A stretch of DNA of 62,854 bases, the filler included, from Folioceros fuciformis (Eukaryota), in NCBI GenBank assembly GCA_049999805.1. It is 3 parts of 2 records of this genome, joined end to end, with 100 filler letters (N's around TTAATTAATTAA, not from the genome) between each part and the next. Parts side by side here need not be neighbours in the genome. Positions count along the whole stretch, not along the records: positions 1 to 23,334 come from JBNGIO010006255.1; 2 more parts are not named here. The stretch is one strand, 5' to 3'. This document shows, one piece after another, positions 1 to 17,689 of this stretch (the first letter of the stretch is position 1; each line of letters begins with the position of its first letter). Position numbers and translations under genes: made by a program. Below the pieces are notes generated by a model. The model was not told where the DNA came from and did not search any database. It saw only the letters and a program-made list of their open reading frames with translations.

Positions 1-120
1 AGATATATTCCGTACTAGTGGGCAATATCCTTCAAATCTCCCAAAGAATTTGCCATCTACGACTGACGACTTCGTTCCTTCTCTGTGACTGCCATTGCTT
101 TATGCAGAACTCCCTAAATT

Positions 121-4184
<4,064 letters not shown>

Positions 4185-5542
4185 CGCCACAACACCTGCC
4201 TGCACACAAACATTCCTGAGCCCTTCTTGCGACAATGCATGCTGCAACTGGTAATCTCAGAACACCAGGAAGCCAGCAAAACCTTCTCAAGCTCACGATC
4301 GGACTGAAATGCCAGCCAACGCCGGCAGAAAAACACAGACAAGCGATCTTAAATTGCAGCACTCCGATATCCTTTCAAGTCCAGCATAAACACGTGGCTT
4401 AGGCAGGCCAATTGTCACAAGAAGGATGAGGGAGGCGGAGGCTGAAGGAAGCTGCTCTTGAGCTTTCCTATTTTCACTCAAATTTTGGCAACCCGCCCAC
4501 TGCCAAGTGGAACGGGACAAATCCAGCCAGACATTAAAACTGCAGGTTTTCTGGTTGAAAAACTGCGTGCTTGTTTACCTCTCGGTTTCTACATCTGGAT
4601 AACTTAACAGCCAAGCTAACTGGTGATAGCAAGCCCATTTAGCTTCATGCACATCAACATCTTATAATGGCGTGATACACACTTACTTCATCAGATTGTA
4701 CTTTCTTCTTTGACACATTTGCTTGTTTCACTTTCAAGTCATTTGGTTGCTTAACTTTCAAATCTTTCATTTTATACACCCTGATTAAAAAGTATCCAAC
4801 ATATACTTTGCATTAAATTGGTTTATATTGAACGTAATTTTGATTAAAATATTTTTATTTGTTTGTCATGTCTCATGTCTATGTCAATTAGTTTTTCTTC
4901 TTTGAAAAGGCAATAGAATCTAAAAAAAAAAAACTACACGATCCAAAGCAAAATTCGATATGATCACCCTATCTCTTATCTTGGCACATTATCTATCCTT
5001 CTACCCTTTGCAGAAATTTATATTTAATTTTAATTAAATAAATCAATTTTGATGAAGGGAAGTTAAAATTTCATACTCCTCTCCCATGATGAGAGAAATT
5101 GAAATAAGAAAATTATTCTTAATTTTTTTCTTAAGTTCATAAATTTATCAACCCATAAAATAAGTTTTATCAAGACAAAGATAGATTTACCTTAGAACAC
5201 ACAACTGTGAAGATGAATTGATAGGTTGATACAGAAAATTGAAAGAACTGAAAGAAAGTGGGCAAGAACCAGGAGAACGTGAGACCCAGCTTAACATTAT
5301 GACTTGAGTTCTCATCCGACTTCAGGGAGGACATATATGTTGTTCATAGTCATGTATTTGTATAGAGATGAAGACTTGATTTAAGATTTGTTTCTGTTTG
5401 TCTGGAGAACACTTAGCTAGTTCTGTTCAGCTGTTTAGGGCTTCTTAGTTTTGTTTTTCCAGGAGGTGCGTAAAGACTGATATCATTGTCCGATCACTGT
5501 TTCAAGATTCCAGTATTTTCGGATCGCAGAGTGAGGAAAGAT

Positions 5543-5598
5543 AATATTTGTTGTTCAGTTGTTTTGTTTCAATATTTGTTGTTCAGTTGTTTTGTTTC
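5543..5598. repeat. 28-bp direct tandem duplication (aatatttgttgttcagttgttttgtttc x2) just past the SDR stop codon
   Basis: Two adjacent identical copies at 5543-5570 and 5571-5598. Confidence 0.85.
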
Positions 5599-5609
5599 TT
5601 TCGGTTTGT

Positions 5610-7452
5610 CTAAGGAGGGCTGTGGTTTGATGTAACCGCCTCACAGAGGGACGAAGTGGTCTGCCAGAGTTTTGCAGCCAGCTCTGGGTTGTACGACAGA
5701 TTTGAAGAGGGTAGTGTCTGGCCCCCACCTCCGAAAAAGTACTCCCCAGAACGATTCTGCCCAAATGACAAGAGAGGGTGAGAAAGTGGAAGAAGGTGGA
5801 TACAAGAACGCAGTTGGAAGAGAATCTTGTTGTCTGGTGTCACGGACATTGGGGGCGAGTGCAGCATCGATGACTGATGCTGATCCAACTGCTGGAGAAG
5901 CCAATAACCTGAGAGACCTGAGGACGATGCTGCTGAGGTCCTTTAACCAGACAGGAATTTCCTGCAGAATGTTCGTATCAACAGCCCCAGGATCCGCAGC
6001 CCTGCACAGTCATTTGTTGGATGGTTTGTAAGCCCGGTGAAAGAGTAAAGGACTGGCTTTTGTTAGGGTCTGGAACAGTGTTAACCTCCGTGGATATGGC
6101 ATTGTGTTTCTTCCCCTGTGGGAAAAAGGAGACAGCACTTACATAACACTGATCCTCGAAGACTCGGGCAAGATGAACAGCCGGTGATGAAGCTCGTAGG
6201 TGAAGAGAACCAAACACACTGTCACAGGAAGCAATGAAAGTGATATAGGGAGTGAGTGGTAGTAGCAAGAGATGGTACGATGATGAAAAGGCACCGGGGG
6301 TTATCTGAGAGCGTACATTTGGATATCTCGTAGATTCTTGCCATCCTGTACCACGTGGTTGGAGGAAGGTTCTGCATGGTTCCTTGGATGAGCAGATTTG
6401 GATCAACCTGGAACGTGTTCACTGCACCTGGAATCAGTTTCGAAAAGGGAACACAAGTAGTGCCTCCACATTCCAGAGTCGAGGACCAGAATCGTCCATA
6501 CCACAACGGTGAGTGAACGATACGACATTCACGATCCGAGGATTCCATGAGTGCGTTTGCAGAAGTGGAACAAGTTGTTGCACCAGTATGAACGGACCGA
6601 AGTAGTTGCTTGCCATCATGCTGGATGAGAGTGACAGAAAGGTTAGGAAAGAAGATGTCCACCGTTGCTGTAAGCAAAATGCAAAACCATAGCAGCAACG
6701 TAACAGAGGATGATGCTCACTTACTAGTCAAATCCATCAGCGGTGCATCTTTTAGATGCAGCAAGCATGCCTGCATTGTTGATCAGAAGGTCCAGACTGT
6801 ACTGGTGGTCCGTGGATTCAAGCCACGATTTCACATCTCGCACGAAATTCAATATGGAAGGAACACTGGACAGATCCAACTCCATGGCTTGGAGTGACAA
6901 GCCTCTGGTTTCGGCTTCCAAGTCCTCAATCACCTGACAAACGTTCTCGCCTTGTCAGCCGGCATACGTCACTGGATTTCCTTCACTTCACGATGTCATC
7001 GAGCGATTTCATGTACCTTCTGTAGCTTTGCCAACGACCTCCCCGCTGCAAACAAGAATTAGACCCAGTCGCCAACTCCCTGGACGGGTTCCTGAAACTC
7101 ATACAGATCTTCTCACTCTTACCGAGGATCACATGATACCCTTGATGAGCAAGCGCAGCAGCTGTGGCCCTCCCGATCCCGGAAGAGGCCTGCAAGAAAG
7201 AACCATCTCACCGTCAACACAGCCATCTCGCACTCGAGTCAAATTTCGCGCAAGGATCATGCTGCTTACGCCTGTGACTATGCAGGCAGGCTTTGCACTC
7301 CCAAGGGGCATCAGGGGGACTGGAATTCTGGGGGCCGCACGCCGGTACCATCTTCGGACCCACGACCGGGCATAGCAGAGGATGAGCATCAGAGTCCATA
7401 GCACGCCCATCCGCCCGACATTAGCCAGCCTGAGCACATCCCGTCCTGCCAT
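5610..7452 (-). CDS. Short-chain dehydrogenase/reductase (retinol dehydrogenase/DHRSX-like), multi-exon
   Basis: CIVTG|ASSGIGRATA (TGxxxGIG), ELDLSSVPSI, LDLLINNAGM, NYFGPFIL, RIVNVVSFTH, catalytic YEISK (YxxxK), AADPGAVDTNI. Hydrophobic N-terminus MAGRDVLRLANVGRMGVLWTLMLILCY from ATG 7452; TAG at 5610. Confidence 0.88.
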
Positions 7453-7596
7453 GGCTATGCGCTCTGCGAGTCGGCGGGTTTTCCAACGTGTCCAGCGATT
7501 GTAGGTTCGACAACGGGGTTTGCTGAGGCATCTGTGTACCACAGGACCCCTGCAATTTCAGATCCCTTTCCTTCTATTTTAGCTGCCTGTCCGGAA

Positions 7597-9998
7597 ATGA
7601 CAGCACACGCCGTGATTCTGGGCCCCTGTTCCTGCGTCCCAGAATTGCGGTTGCGTCGCCAAGTAAAGGACTGCCGTTTCATCCGAAGGTGCAGGTTGTC
7701 CCGGGCTTCAGCCAACATGGGTGATGACAGGGTCGAGAGAATTCAGCTGGGACCTGCTCTGGGTATCGTTGCGGGAATGGGGAGGGACGGTAATTTAGAG
7801 TCTGATTTGGTGGCCAGAGTTTGTAGAGTGGCGGTTGTAGGGGCTGGCGCAGCTGGGCTGGTGGCAGCTCGGGAGCTTGCAAGAGAGGGGCACGAAGTCG
7901 TTGTGTACGAGCAAAATGGGCTTGTGGGCGGAGTGTGGGTGTACGATCCTCGGGTTGAGGATGAATTACTGGGAACGAAATCAAATATTACGCGTGTGCA
8001 AAACAGCATGTATGAGTCTCTGCGTACGAATTTGCCGCGGGAGTTGATGGGATTTCTGGACTTCCCTTTTCGGCCCATGAAAGGGAGGGATCCGCGGCGA
8101 TATCCTGGGCACGAGGAAGTGAGATTGTACTTGCAGGATTTTGCTGAGAAATTTGGGGTTATGCGTTTGGTGAGGTTCAACACGCAGGTTGTAGATGTCA
8201 GCCCCGTGGTGAAGGACGTGGATCGAGGTGCCGAAACTGGATGCCATGATATCTTATGCCAAAAGATGTGGGATAGTGCGGAAAGAAGAGATGGGTCTGT
8301 TTTGGGTGACGCGAGAGACTTGGCACGGCCGTTGTATGAAGGGCCGCTTGTTAATGGTGTGCAAGATTTGGATTTCGGACAAGTCAGACCTCAGGTGCCC
8401 GCTCAATGGGTTGTGAAGAGCCGGAGGATGGTAGGGGAGGTGGCCGATGATGCTGCACAAGAATTGTTCGATGCGGTTGTTGTTTGCAATGGCCACTACT
8501 CGGAGCCCAAGATCGCCAGTATTCCTGGTACGTGGTGGTTTTGGTTCGTTGGTTTTGCACAGGTTGTCTGCATTCAACCAACTTGGGCAAGAGGAGGGAC
8601 ATTATGCATGTTTGTACAGGGATTGAGAGCTGGCCTGGCACAGCTATGCACAGCCACAACTATCGTGTTCCAGGGCCATTCCGGGACCAGGTAGGTGTAG
8701 CGAAGTTGGGGTAGGCTCCATGGGAGGTGCTGTACTGTCACCTTGTGCGGCCAAGTGCCAGATTGGTGTGACAAGGATGTAGGTGTCTGCGTTGTTGGTG
8801 CAGTGAAAGTTGCAGGGATATGTGTAGGTGGTGGTTCTTGTGGGCGCTGCAGCAAGTGGTGAGGACATCTCGAGAGAGGTGGCAACGGTGGCTAAGGAGG
8901 TGTACTTATCAGCACGAGACTGGAGTTCTTCTTTGGACCTTTCAAAGCCAGACAGTGGACAAGGAAATCTGTGGCGGCGTCCTCTGGTATGGCCAGAATC
9001 ATGGTTGAAGCAAATTCCTAGCAGAGAATGCTGTCGACAATGCATCCAGCCAACAATGTGTGTTACATGTGATCGTCATCCCAGATAGAATCCGTGTCAG
9101 CCGATGGAGCTGTCAGGTTCAAGGATGGGTCAACGGTTTTCGCGGACACGATAATGTTCTGCACTGGGTGAGTTCCGGATCCGGAGCCGAACTGAGACAT
9201 GTTTCACTCCAGACCTGCCTTGTTTCCGACTGATTCCGGTGGTGGGATCGATTGGATCATTGGTGGCCTGACACCTGCATGACTGGATGTGCTGAAACGC
9301 AGGTATGTTTACTCGTTTCCTTTCCTCAACTCACACGGGTGTGTGTCAGTTGAGGAGAATCAAGTCGGCCCTCTGTACCAGCATGTGTTTCCTCCTGCTC
9401 TAGCACCAAGTCTGTCCTTTGTTGGACTCCCATACAAGGTGAGAGTGAAGGCTGTTATGGCACCGGTACATGTGCTTTCTGCTTTCCTCCTTTGCAAAGA
9501 CCCATTCACGGGGCTATTCCCGCAGGTAGTTCCCTTCCCACTTTGTGAGCTGCAGTCCAAATGGATCGCCAAGGTTCTATCTGGGAGGCTGTGTTTGCCG
9601 TCTGCCCGCCACATGATGGCAGCAGTGCTTGACTTCTATGCCTCCTTGAAAAAGCACGGCCTTCCCAAGCGCTATACACACAATGCAGACGCTTATCAGG
9701 TCTGACCTCTCCCACTTGGCTCGTGTGCTTTCTTTTCCTTAGCTGAAGCTGCTTCACGCTAACGATGCCCTTTTCCTTGCTGGCACTCGCGACTCAGTTT
9801 GCCTATGTGTCTTGGCTTGCCGAGCAATGTGGTTGCGAGGTTGATTGGTGGAGAGAAGAAATGTACGCCGCCAACAGAAACAGCAAACGGGCACACCCTG
9901 TAACGTATCGTGACCAGTGGAACGACCACCAGTTAATGAGGGCAGCGTATTCAAGCTTAACCCTCCCACAAGAACCAACTCAAAGCGTACCTACGTAG
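7597..9998 (+). CDS. Flavin-containing monooxygenase, FMO GS-OX-like clade (multi-exon)
   Basis: FAD motif VAVVGAGAAGL, MYESLRTNLPRELMGF, FDAVVVCNGHY, FMO motif WPGTAMHSHNYR, NADPH motif VGAAASGEDISRE, VGPLYQHVFPPALAPSLSFVGLP, ends YRDQWND...PT*. The start may be 7597 (transit-peptide-like extension) or 7717. Confidence 0.92.
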
Positions 9999-10286
9999 AA
10001 TTGTCAAATTTTCTGCCAGTTTTAGAGTGGACTTTAACACATCATACATAGTGTACGTCCCTATCTGCCCGGTAGCACTCCTAAGTTGTTGAACATTTTT
10101 CAAATCTGGTAGAACCTTTAGTACCAACTAAGATAGCCTAATATTTTTCTTTTTAACGGTTGCCAGAAATAGACCGGGTACGTACACTTCAAACCGCCTC
10201 CCGGCGGACACGTAACGGCATTCCAGGCAATCACGAAGTAAGCTACTCCAGTTAAATTGACCGGTTGCCAGAAAGGGAATCCAATA

Positions 10287-12010
10287 TCACGTCAGTCGTT
10301 CTAACCTGGCGGAGACATCGGCCAAGGAGAAAGAAGTGGCCACTCCTTTGGCTTGCCGAACCTTGCTCACCAGTACCTTCCACCTCGTCTCATCTCTGGC
10401 AGTCTGTTGAAGACTTACTATCCTGTCCTTGAAATGACTGCAAAAACACGTCCTTGTCAATATCTCGCACCGGTGGATTTGTTGGTGACGAAAAGTATTC
10501 TACTTCGTGGAAATGAGCGTGAAGACTTACCAACAAAGGGGAACTTTACATGTGGTAGTGTCTGGACACATGCGTGAATGTAGCTCAAGAATCTGCCACA
10601 TACGTTTGCAATGCACGCATCCCCCAGAAACCTTCAACTTGCAGCCTGCGAAATGTCTCACCAGGAATTCTATGCCCGTGCCAGCCGTGAATTTGCATGG
10701 AGGCTGCTTCCTCCCATCTTCATTCTTGTCAGAAGGCGCTAGGCTTCTGCAACCATCTCTGCAAATGTGCACTAACGCTTGCATTGCATCATGAAGCTGC
10801 CCGTAAACCTTCTCCTCCTCAGCCTTTCTAATCCTTTCTTGCCGTTTCTACAGCAGACGATGCAATGGGTTCAGACTGTGCAGAACCATTCCACGGATGT
10901 GCAGTCCCTTGTGTTGCTAAACAGTTGAACATACTGAACTTACAGAGTCGGCTTCGATCACTGCTTCCACGAGCTCCTGCTCCAGCGATGGTTCATACTC
11001 CTTCATAGCCCTCCAGCCCTCTGACCTTACAACGAGCTTGAAATTGCGAATAATAAAACGCAGGGAGACAAGGTTCAGCCTAGGTGCATCACAGAGCCTT
11101 GCCAACTTCATGACATCGATGACATTATCTGTGCTGAGTAGCCCTTGCTCGAGTTGTTGTTCACATACTCGCTTGAGTGCTGAAATGCAATATGCATGGG
11201 CGAGTACAAGAAAGTGCAGAACATATTTTTGCATCTCCTCACGCTCATATCTGATAAAACCACGGCTTCACATATCACATTTCATCATCTACCTCTATCT
11301 CCCTTGCAATCCAAGCTGCTGCAGCAGAAAACGCCGCTAGCTCACCTTGACGAATAGATAAAACGAACGAACGCCTTTGCAACAGAATAAGAAACACCGG
11401 GTATAACTAAAGCATGTGACCAACTTTGGCACCCTCTCCGCTCAAACAGAGCTTGCCATACGGGGGAGGTCGCAGCCTGCAGCAAGCGTCTCAAGTAGAC
11501 TCAGGATCGCGTCAGAACAGAGCTTTCGATGCGAAATTGACAGACATTAACGTCAGTCCTCGGAAATTTGGCACTCCTTAGAGCACGTACCAGAACATAA
11601 GAGTGCGCTGCAAAGACCCCGCCATCCGCAGTACTGATCGCCACATCCGCCTCGATTCCCTCATTGAAGAGTCTGTCCCATGTCTCCACGACCTCTCGGG
11701 GTACACAAGGATCTGTGGCACTCCTGCCTCGGAATGAAGCGTGTGACGCCAAAGAAAGGGGATGCGGAGGAGGGGGAGGCAGAGCGGCAGCTAAACCGCA
11801 TTCCAATCCAGCAGTAGGCGGTGAAGATGGTGGAAAAGGCAAGCTAAGTTTTGTAGAAGTGAGCGTATCGGCGTCAATGATATCTACCTCTTGCCCGACA
11901 GCAGCAATTCGCCTTGCGTCTTTCAGAGAGAGTATCCTCTTCAGAGCGGAAGGTGGTCGCGGCGGTTTGGCAGGGGTGTAAGCAATCTCTGGCTGCGAAA
12001 CCTGAGCCAT
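10287..12010 (-). CDS. BTB/POZ and TAZ zinc-finger protein (BT family)
   Basis: BTB: WDRLFNEGIEADVAISTADGGVFAAHSYVL, LHFLVLAHAY, DVMKLARLCDAPRL. TAZ: ALVHICRDGC, LVRHFAGC...GGCVHCKRMWQILELHSRMC...CKVPLC. C-terminal RWKVLVSKV resembles the BT calmodulin-binding segment. TGA at 10287. Confidence 0.92.
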
Positions 12011-13508
12011 CAAGCGATCCACTTCACAAGAGGAGCTTCTTGCCAGCAGTGACAACACACTCGCTCCTCTAAGACTTCAGTTTGCATTGCGCTGATCTGA
12101 TACGCCGTGGAACATTCTCGCCTGCTCCTGCCCCTCGACTAGCTCAATTCTCCAGAACGCCTCTCAAAGCAACGGATCCTCTGCAATGTGCTCTGTTGTG
12201 CAATTCCACCCTCGGAAGAACCGGAAAAAACGCGGCTTCTTCAAAACAACCGCGGCAATTCCATCCGGCATAGCTCGTCTTCAATTCTGGAGATCTAGGA
12301 CCAATTCAGCTCCGATGCGATCGATCCCTGGAGACAAGAACGTGTCGGCCGGATTGCAGCCAGCAATCCTTGAGCGGCGAGAAGACGGGGCGCGCCCCAG
12401 CCGATCCGAAGCTGCGCGAAGAAAGAGGCACTCAATCAACGGAATACAATATATATATCCCGGTATGGTGTTTATCCCGATAAAGCTCACCCAACAAGAT
12501 ATCCGGAACTCATCAGCACACCAACAACTTCGGTGTCGAACGTTTGAATGGTATGCAAAAAGGGAAGTGTGTGCAGAAAAGCGTGCGGAGGTGAGAGCAG
12601 AAAGAGCACGAAGGGAATCTGCCGGCGCCTGCCACGGGGATGAGAGTAGTGCTCCCACAAACGACATTGGCGGGTCAGAACTATTTAACTCTGACAAGCA
12701 CCACTACCGCGGAGTATGCAGGTCGTGATGTCCCGTAGCAGTGGTGGCATGACATCAAGGGGCCCAGTTAGATATTCGAGAGATCCTTACAGCGCTTAAG
12801 AAATACGGTAAAGACAGAAATGTGGCTCCAGCCTCGTCTGTCGGATCACGATCCAAGTCAATAAGTTGAAAGCTGCAGGGCAGACCAGTCGATGCAGAGC
12901 GCTGTGCAGAGCGTTCTTCCCTCAGAATGCACAGCAGCATATGTGTGCCATAAAGAACTCCAGCGCCGTACCCACATCATGATCAAGCCCGGAGAGGCGG
13001 ATGAGCTTGACATCTTGCGCTCCAGGCAAACGAACTGCCGCACCTCCTGCGCATGCTGCTTGATTAACCTCGTAAGAATTAATTACATCATTCGCTTCTC
13101 AGAGAAATCCATAATTCACCAAGTCACCACGCAGGAGCCACGGCTTCAGATGCTGGAACAACAAATTTCTCCCCCCTCGCATCAGAATTACGCTTCCAGC
13201 TTCCGAGGAACAGATTACACAAGATATGGCAGCTCACTTGGGCTGCCATCTTCCAAAATAAGGACACAGATGGAGGTGAGAGTTCCACTGCTTGCAGCTT
13301 GCTATCGGGGAAGACGGGATAGCGCTGAAGTGTGCTTGCGCTACGGAATAAACAGTGAAGAGAACACTCTCCATAAAAATAGGCGCACTCTTCAAACTAC
13401 GAGGATAGGCCTGCCGACTACTCTCTGTACAGCAGAATGATGCTGCCAGCCAGCTCCTATCAGGAGAACTGATGCGGAAATCACAATTCACAGTACAGTG
13501 ACTGGTGC

Positions 13509-16500
13509 CTACTTGTCAACCTGCTTCACCCGCTTGGTCTTTTTATGCGATTGTCGCACAGGCTTATTAGGCTTCTTGCCCCTGGTCAAATGAAAAGGAA
13601 CCATGAAAATGAGAACAAGAACGAAATCTAAACAGATACTCCTCTAATGATCCAACCGAACAGCAAGAATTACCGTACAATAGCAAGAAAACAGTAAAGC
13701 TTGTATGACTACCCCATGTCTGGACCCAACCCTCAAAACCTATGGTCCGGTCCCCTCAAGCAAGTAACTCACCTAAAAAGCGTGGAAAAAGCGACAAATG
13801 CAGCTACAATTGGTATGGCGAGGAGCAATGAAGCCTGCAAGACACAATACATACATGCCACACGTGAGACGAGGGAAACAAACTCACCACAACCAACCAC
13901 GATGTCCTCCACCGCAACTAGACTTTCAAACACACTGGAAACTTCACACTTCAGTTGCTGGTCATCAGGCTCATACCAAAAACCAGACCACCTCTCTACT
14001 TGCAAGGGATGAGAGTGATTCATGCTTGCTCAGCGTCCTCTTCACAGATGCCTGAACCTGCAAACAGACAAGCATGCGATTACACGACGACAGAACAATA
14101 CAGAGTTGACAGAACCAAGCACTAAAATACCTAATCCTACAGCAAATGACAGCATGAGTACATCATTTCTCAGAATACAAAGACACCGCACGCACCTGCT
14201 GGTGGTAAGCTGTAGCAGAAGACAGCACATCACGGTACACAATACTAATCCTCTCCACATGGGGCTCCGCAAATGTCCTTGCTTTGTGGTAGTGCGGACC
14301 AAGTGCAGAACCCCAAGTTTCTACAAAAGGTTTCACTCTCTCTTGCACAACCTGAAACCATTAGCAACAGCAAGCCCATCAGTGACACTTCCCTTCAAGG
14401 AATGGTTAGGATAGGCACCTTGTACATTACAAAGATAGACCTGCACATAGGGTTCAAAATATTTTTGAGCGTTGTGAACATGTGGTGCAAAGGTGTTTTT
14501 AGTTGCCTCATAGCCTTTCTTTGCCTTCTTCCTAGCGTGCTTGATGTACGGTGTAGAGAACTTGGAAATCGTGTCCAACTGTTGCTTGACATAGGGAGTC
14601 CACTTCTGGTCAATGGAAACGTTACCATCAGATCTCAACAAAGCTCAGGAAGTAAGAGATGCAACATTGTGCCAGTAAGCATATCCTCAAGATAGAGCAT
14701 CTGGATATACTTGTCCGCAACATAGATTTTGTGGAATCACAGATATCCACGAGTAAGCCCAGGCGAGAATGTGAACGCATGAATCAATTTCAGCAATATC
14801 AGCACACATGATGACAACCGAACCTTCTGCAAATTGGTTACGTGAGGCCTGGCCCACTTCTCAAAAGCTGCTGCGTTCTCAGACATCTGTGTACAGTTCA
14901 TATAACACCCACACGCTCAGAACTGGTGCGCAACAAACAAGCTAATACCACAGCAAAGCAGATGTCCCATGCGGCACCTTGGTACGGAGCGCCTTGTAAT
15001 GAGGTTCTCCATGCTCAAGCCACTTGGATGCAACAGCAGCCTAGGGCACAATCACAGAGCCAGCCCATATGACAATACTATCACACTGATAAAACCCAAA
15101 GACCAAGACTGAAAGAATCAGCAGATCGTTTGCATACTTGTAACTGAGCCACATGCGTAACTGCCCACGGTGGCAACCAGCCTTCATACACCTGTGGAAC
15201 ACAATCACAACATACAACCTGTCAACAAGGAGAAACTCGAAGAACACATTAACAAAACCACGTAATTCAGCATACTGTGATCCCTGTGCAAATTACCCAA
15301 TCAGCAAAAGCGAATCTACGCACACGTACAAACAAGACTCGCTCATGGAAGACAAAAAAAATTCTACATTCACTACCTGCCCCGGAGTTCAAGACCACAA
15401 GGCATAGTCACCCAGAAACCGACCTTTAATAGCTCTTGAGCTTTGGATGCAACTTCAGCCTCAGCTTTCCGCATTGAAGCCTAGTGTAAGCATCAGGAAT
15501 GAAACATGTGACAAGCCATCCTCTCCTCTGAGGGACGTAGAGAGCACAACAGAACTAGCTCTATTCCGCTAGACACAGGACGATTTCCACAAACCTCAGC
15601 AATCTTTAGGGCACGTTCTGCAAGAAAAAGCTTTTTCTTTTGCTCAGCTGAAGATTTTTCGGCCTGCTCAGAGTAACCCAATAAAGAGAACCTTTAGGGC
15701 ACATCCTTGCTCATTCTAGTTTCCCCAGGCAAGGAAAGAATACAAGTACAGCTCACCTCCTCGAAGGCATGGTGACATCCTGAACTTGGGGAAAGAACAC
15801 TAACGCACCTTCTCAAGCTTCGAAAGAAGCTCCTCAGCCGACACTTCTGCATCGTGTGCACGGGAGCTCAGAGCCTCCACCGTCTGCTCCAATTCTTGGG
15901 CATATTCTTTGAGGTCTACGATCTGCAATATAAGCATCCCATTAAGCGTGAGCTGAGGTCTCTTGAACAGATCCCACACACTAGTACACATAGTGAGAAG
16001 CCCAGCCAACCACCTCGGCCTCCAATAACTGCACCCTCGAAAGAGCGTCCTCAAGGTGAACCTCAACATCATTCGTATCTTTCTGCTGCAAGAAGGATTC
16101 CACACATCAGGAGATAACGTGCATCAAAGCCAACCAACAGCAACTCTCTTGGCTAGCACTCAAGACGTCCAACCTGTAGCTGATCCAAGTCAGTCTGCAG
16201 GGATAAAATTCTTTCATCTTTGAGCTTCAGCAGACTGACGTGATCCTGCAACCGCAACTCTGCGGAGAACGAACAAAGGCGTCAGATACAGCTCACACGA
16301 GTCAATTCACGTGCAAAAGGGGGACCATCCAACCAAGCACCGTCGCAAACCTTCCTGCTCTATATCTCCAGCTACGACTGTGATCACTACCAAATAACAC
16401 CACTCATGATCACTCGGCTCCCACACATGACCTCTTATAGGCTCCTCTCCCTCGTGAGAGGAGACTCGACCTCTTCCCTTAACAACCCCGCATCACTAAA

Positions 16501-16986
16501 CGAAGAGCTCCTGAGCAGTAGGCAGCCCGCGTGATGCGATATCAAACATTCTCCCGACATACCACTCGATCCTAAATACACTGAGCGACACTTCAGATCG
16601 GCATCCATAACGCTCAAAACAACACACCCTCGTGCTGGACCACATTCACCGAACATTAGGGCTAGCGTTCACCGAACAGCCTGTGCCATTCCCACCGTCC
16701 TCCTGTTCCCCCCAACCGACGCCTATCAGCACACCCCTTCCAGCACCTGAGCCATCAAGTGAGAAGCCGTACCGAGCGACGACACCTTGTGCTTCCAATC
16801 CTCGATCTCCTTCTGATGCGAAACAGATTCCGACTTCAGCTCCCTCAGGATCGAAGCATCTTCCCCTTGGCCCGTGTGGTGCAAGTCCTGATGCACAATC
16901 TCCTGAGCGCTACCTCCGAAATTCACCAATCCCACAAGCAGCAGCAGGAGGAGCCCAACGCCGAGCCCCGAGAAGCGACGCTCCAT
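13509..16986 (-). CDS. Plant coiled-coil membrane protein (signal peptide, coiled coil, C-terminal TM; 'myosin heavy chain-related' family), multi-exon
   Basis: Signal peptide MERRFSGLGVGLLLLLLVGL; heptad-rich exons (LKEYAQELEQTVEALSSRAHDAE, QKKKLFLAERALKIAE); GWLPPW motif; KPFVETWG...PHYHKARTFAEPH; C-terminal TM (ASLLLAIPIVAAFVAFSTLF) and basic tail KKTKRVKQVDK* ending 13509. Confidence 0.78.
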
Positions 16987-17689
16987 GAGCGCGGACTGTC
17001 CGCCCCCACTCGGTTGCAACCACAATCCTCTGTCCTTCACGACGCCGCGCAGTACACTTTTTGGGCGCACAGATTGGGATCTAGCTCCAGAGATCCTCCT
17101 CGCCTCAAGGACGGGGAGACGCCTGCGTATCAGGCTTGCCTCGCCTCCGCACGAAGCAACGAAGGCGACAAGACGGAGATGCCTAGCGCACAGCCGCCTC
17201 GCATTCGTCCCTCCCCACAGGGTCTAGGTTAGGAAGGCCGAGCCTAGAGGCCCCACCTGGGCTGACGACTAACGACCAACTGATGGTCCTGACCGCCGTC
17301 TTTTCCTGACTTCACAAGCTCCGGCAAATCACATAACATAACTAAATATCTGAACAACTACAGGTGGCAGGCTCGCTGATGCCCACGATGCCAGGAATCG
17401 CCGACGTGTCATAAATCCTCAGAGACTTCAGTTAAACCCTTCTCGCAAGTTTGCGATATTTATCAATATAAGTAAAATAAAATCGGTTACAGCTAACATT
17501 TGGCCTACATAGCTCCACCTCTCCAATGACGTCTAGAGTACTAAGCCTAGTGGCTTCTGACAAGATTAGTGCAAGGTGCACCTACACTAACCTTACATTC
17601 ATAACGATGTTAAGTGACATAGAACTAAGATAGGTTATAGATACTTAAGACTTGCATAGAATAAAAGTTTTAAATTTGGTGAGACAAGT

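Noticed and set aside
5206-5557. TG...CA-bounded segment resembling a solo LTR
   Set aside because: No direct target-site duplication, PBS or polypurine tract; cannot be supported without a repeat library.
12060-13500. ORFs of ~180 aa between the BT and coiled-coil genes
   Set aside because: No family motifs; more likely promoter and UTR sequence of the flanking minus-strand genes.
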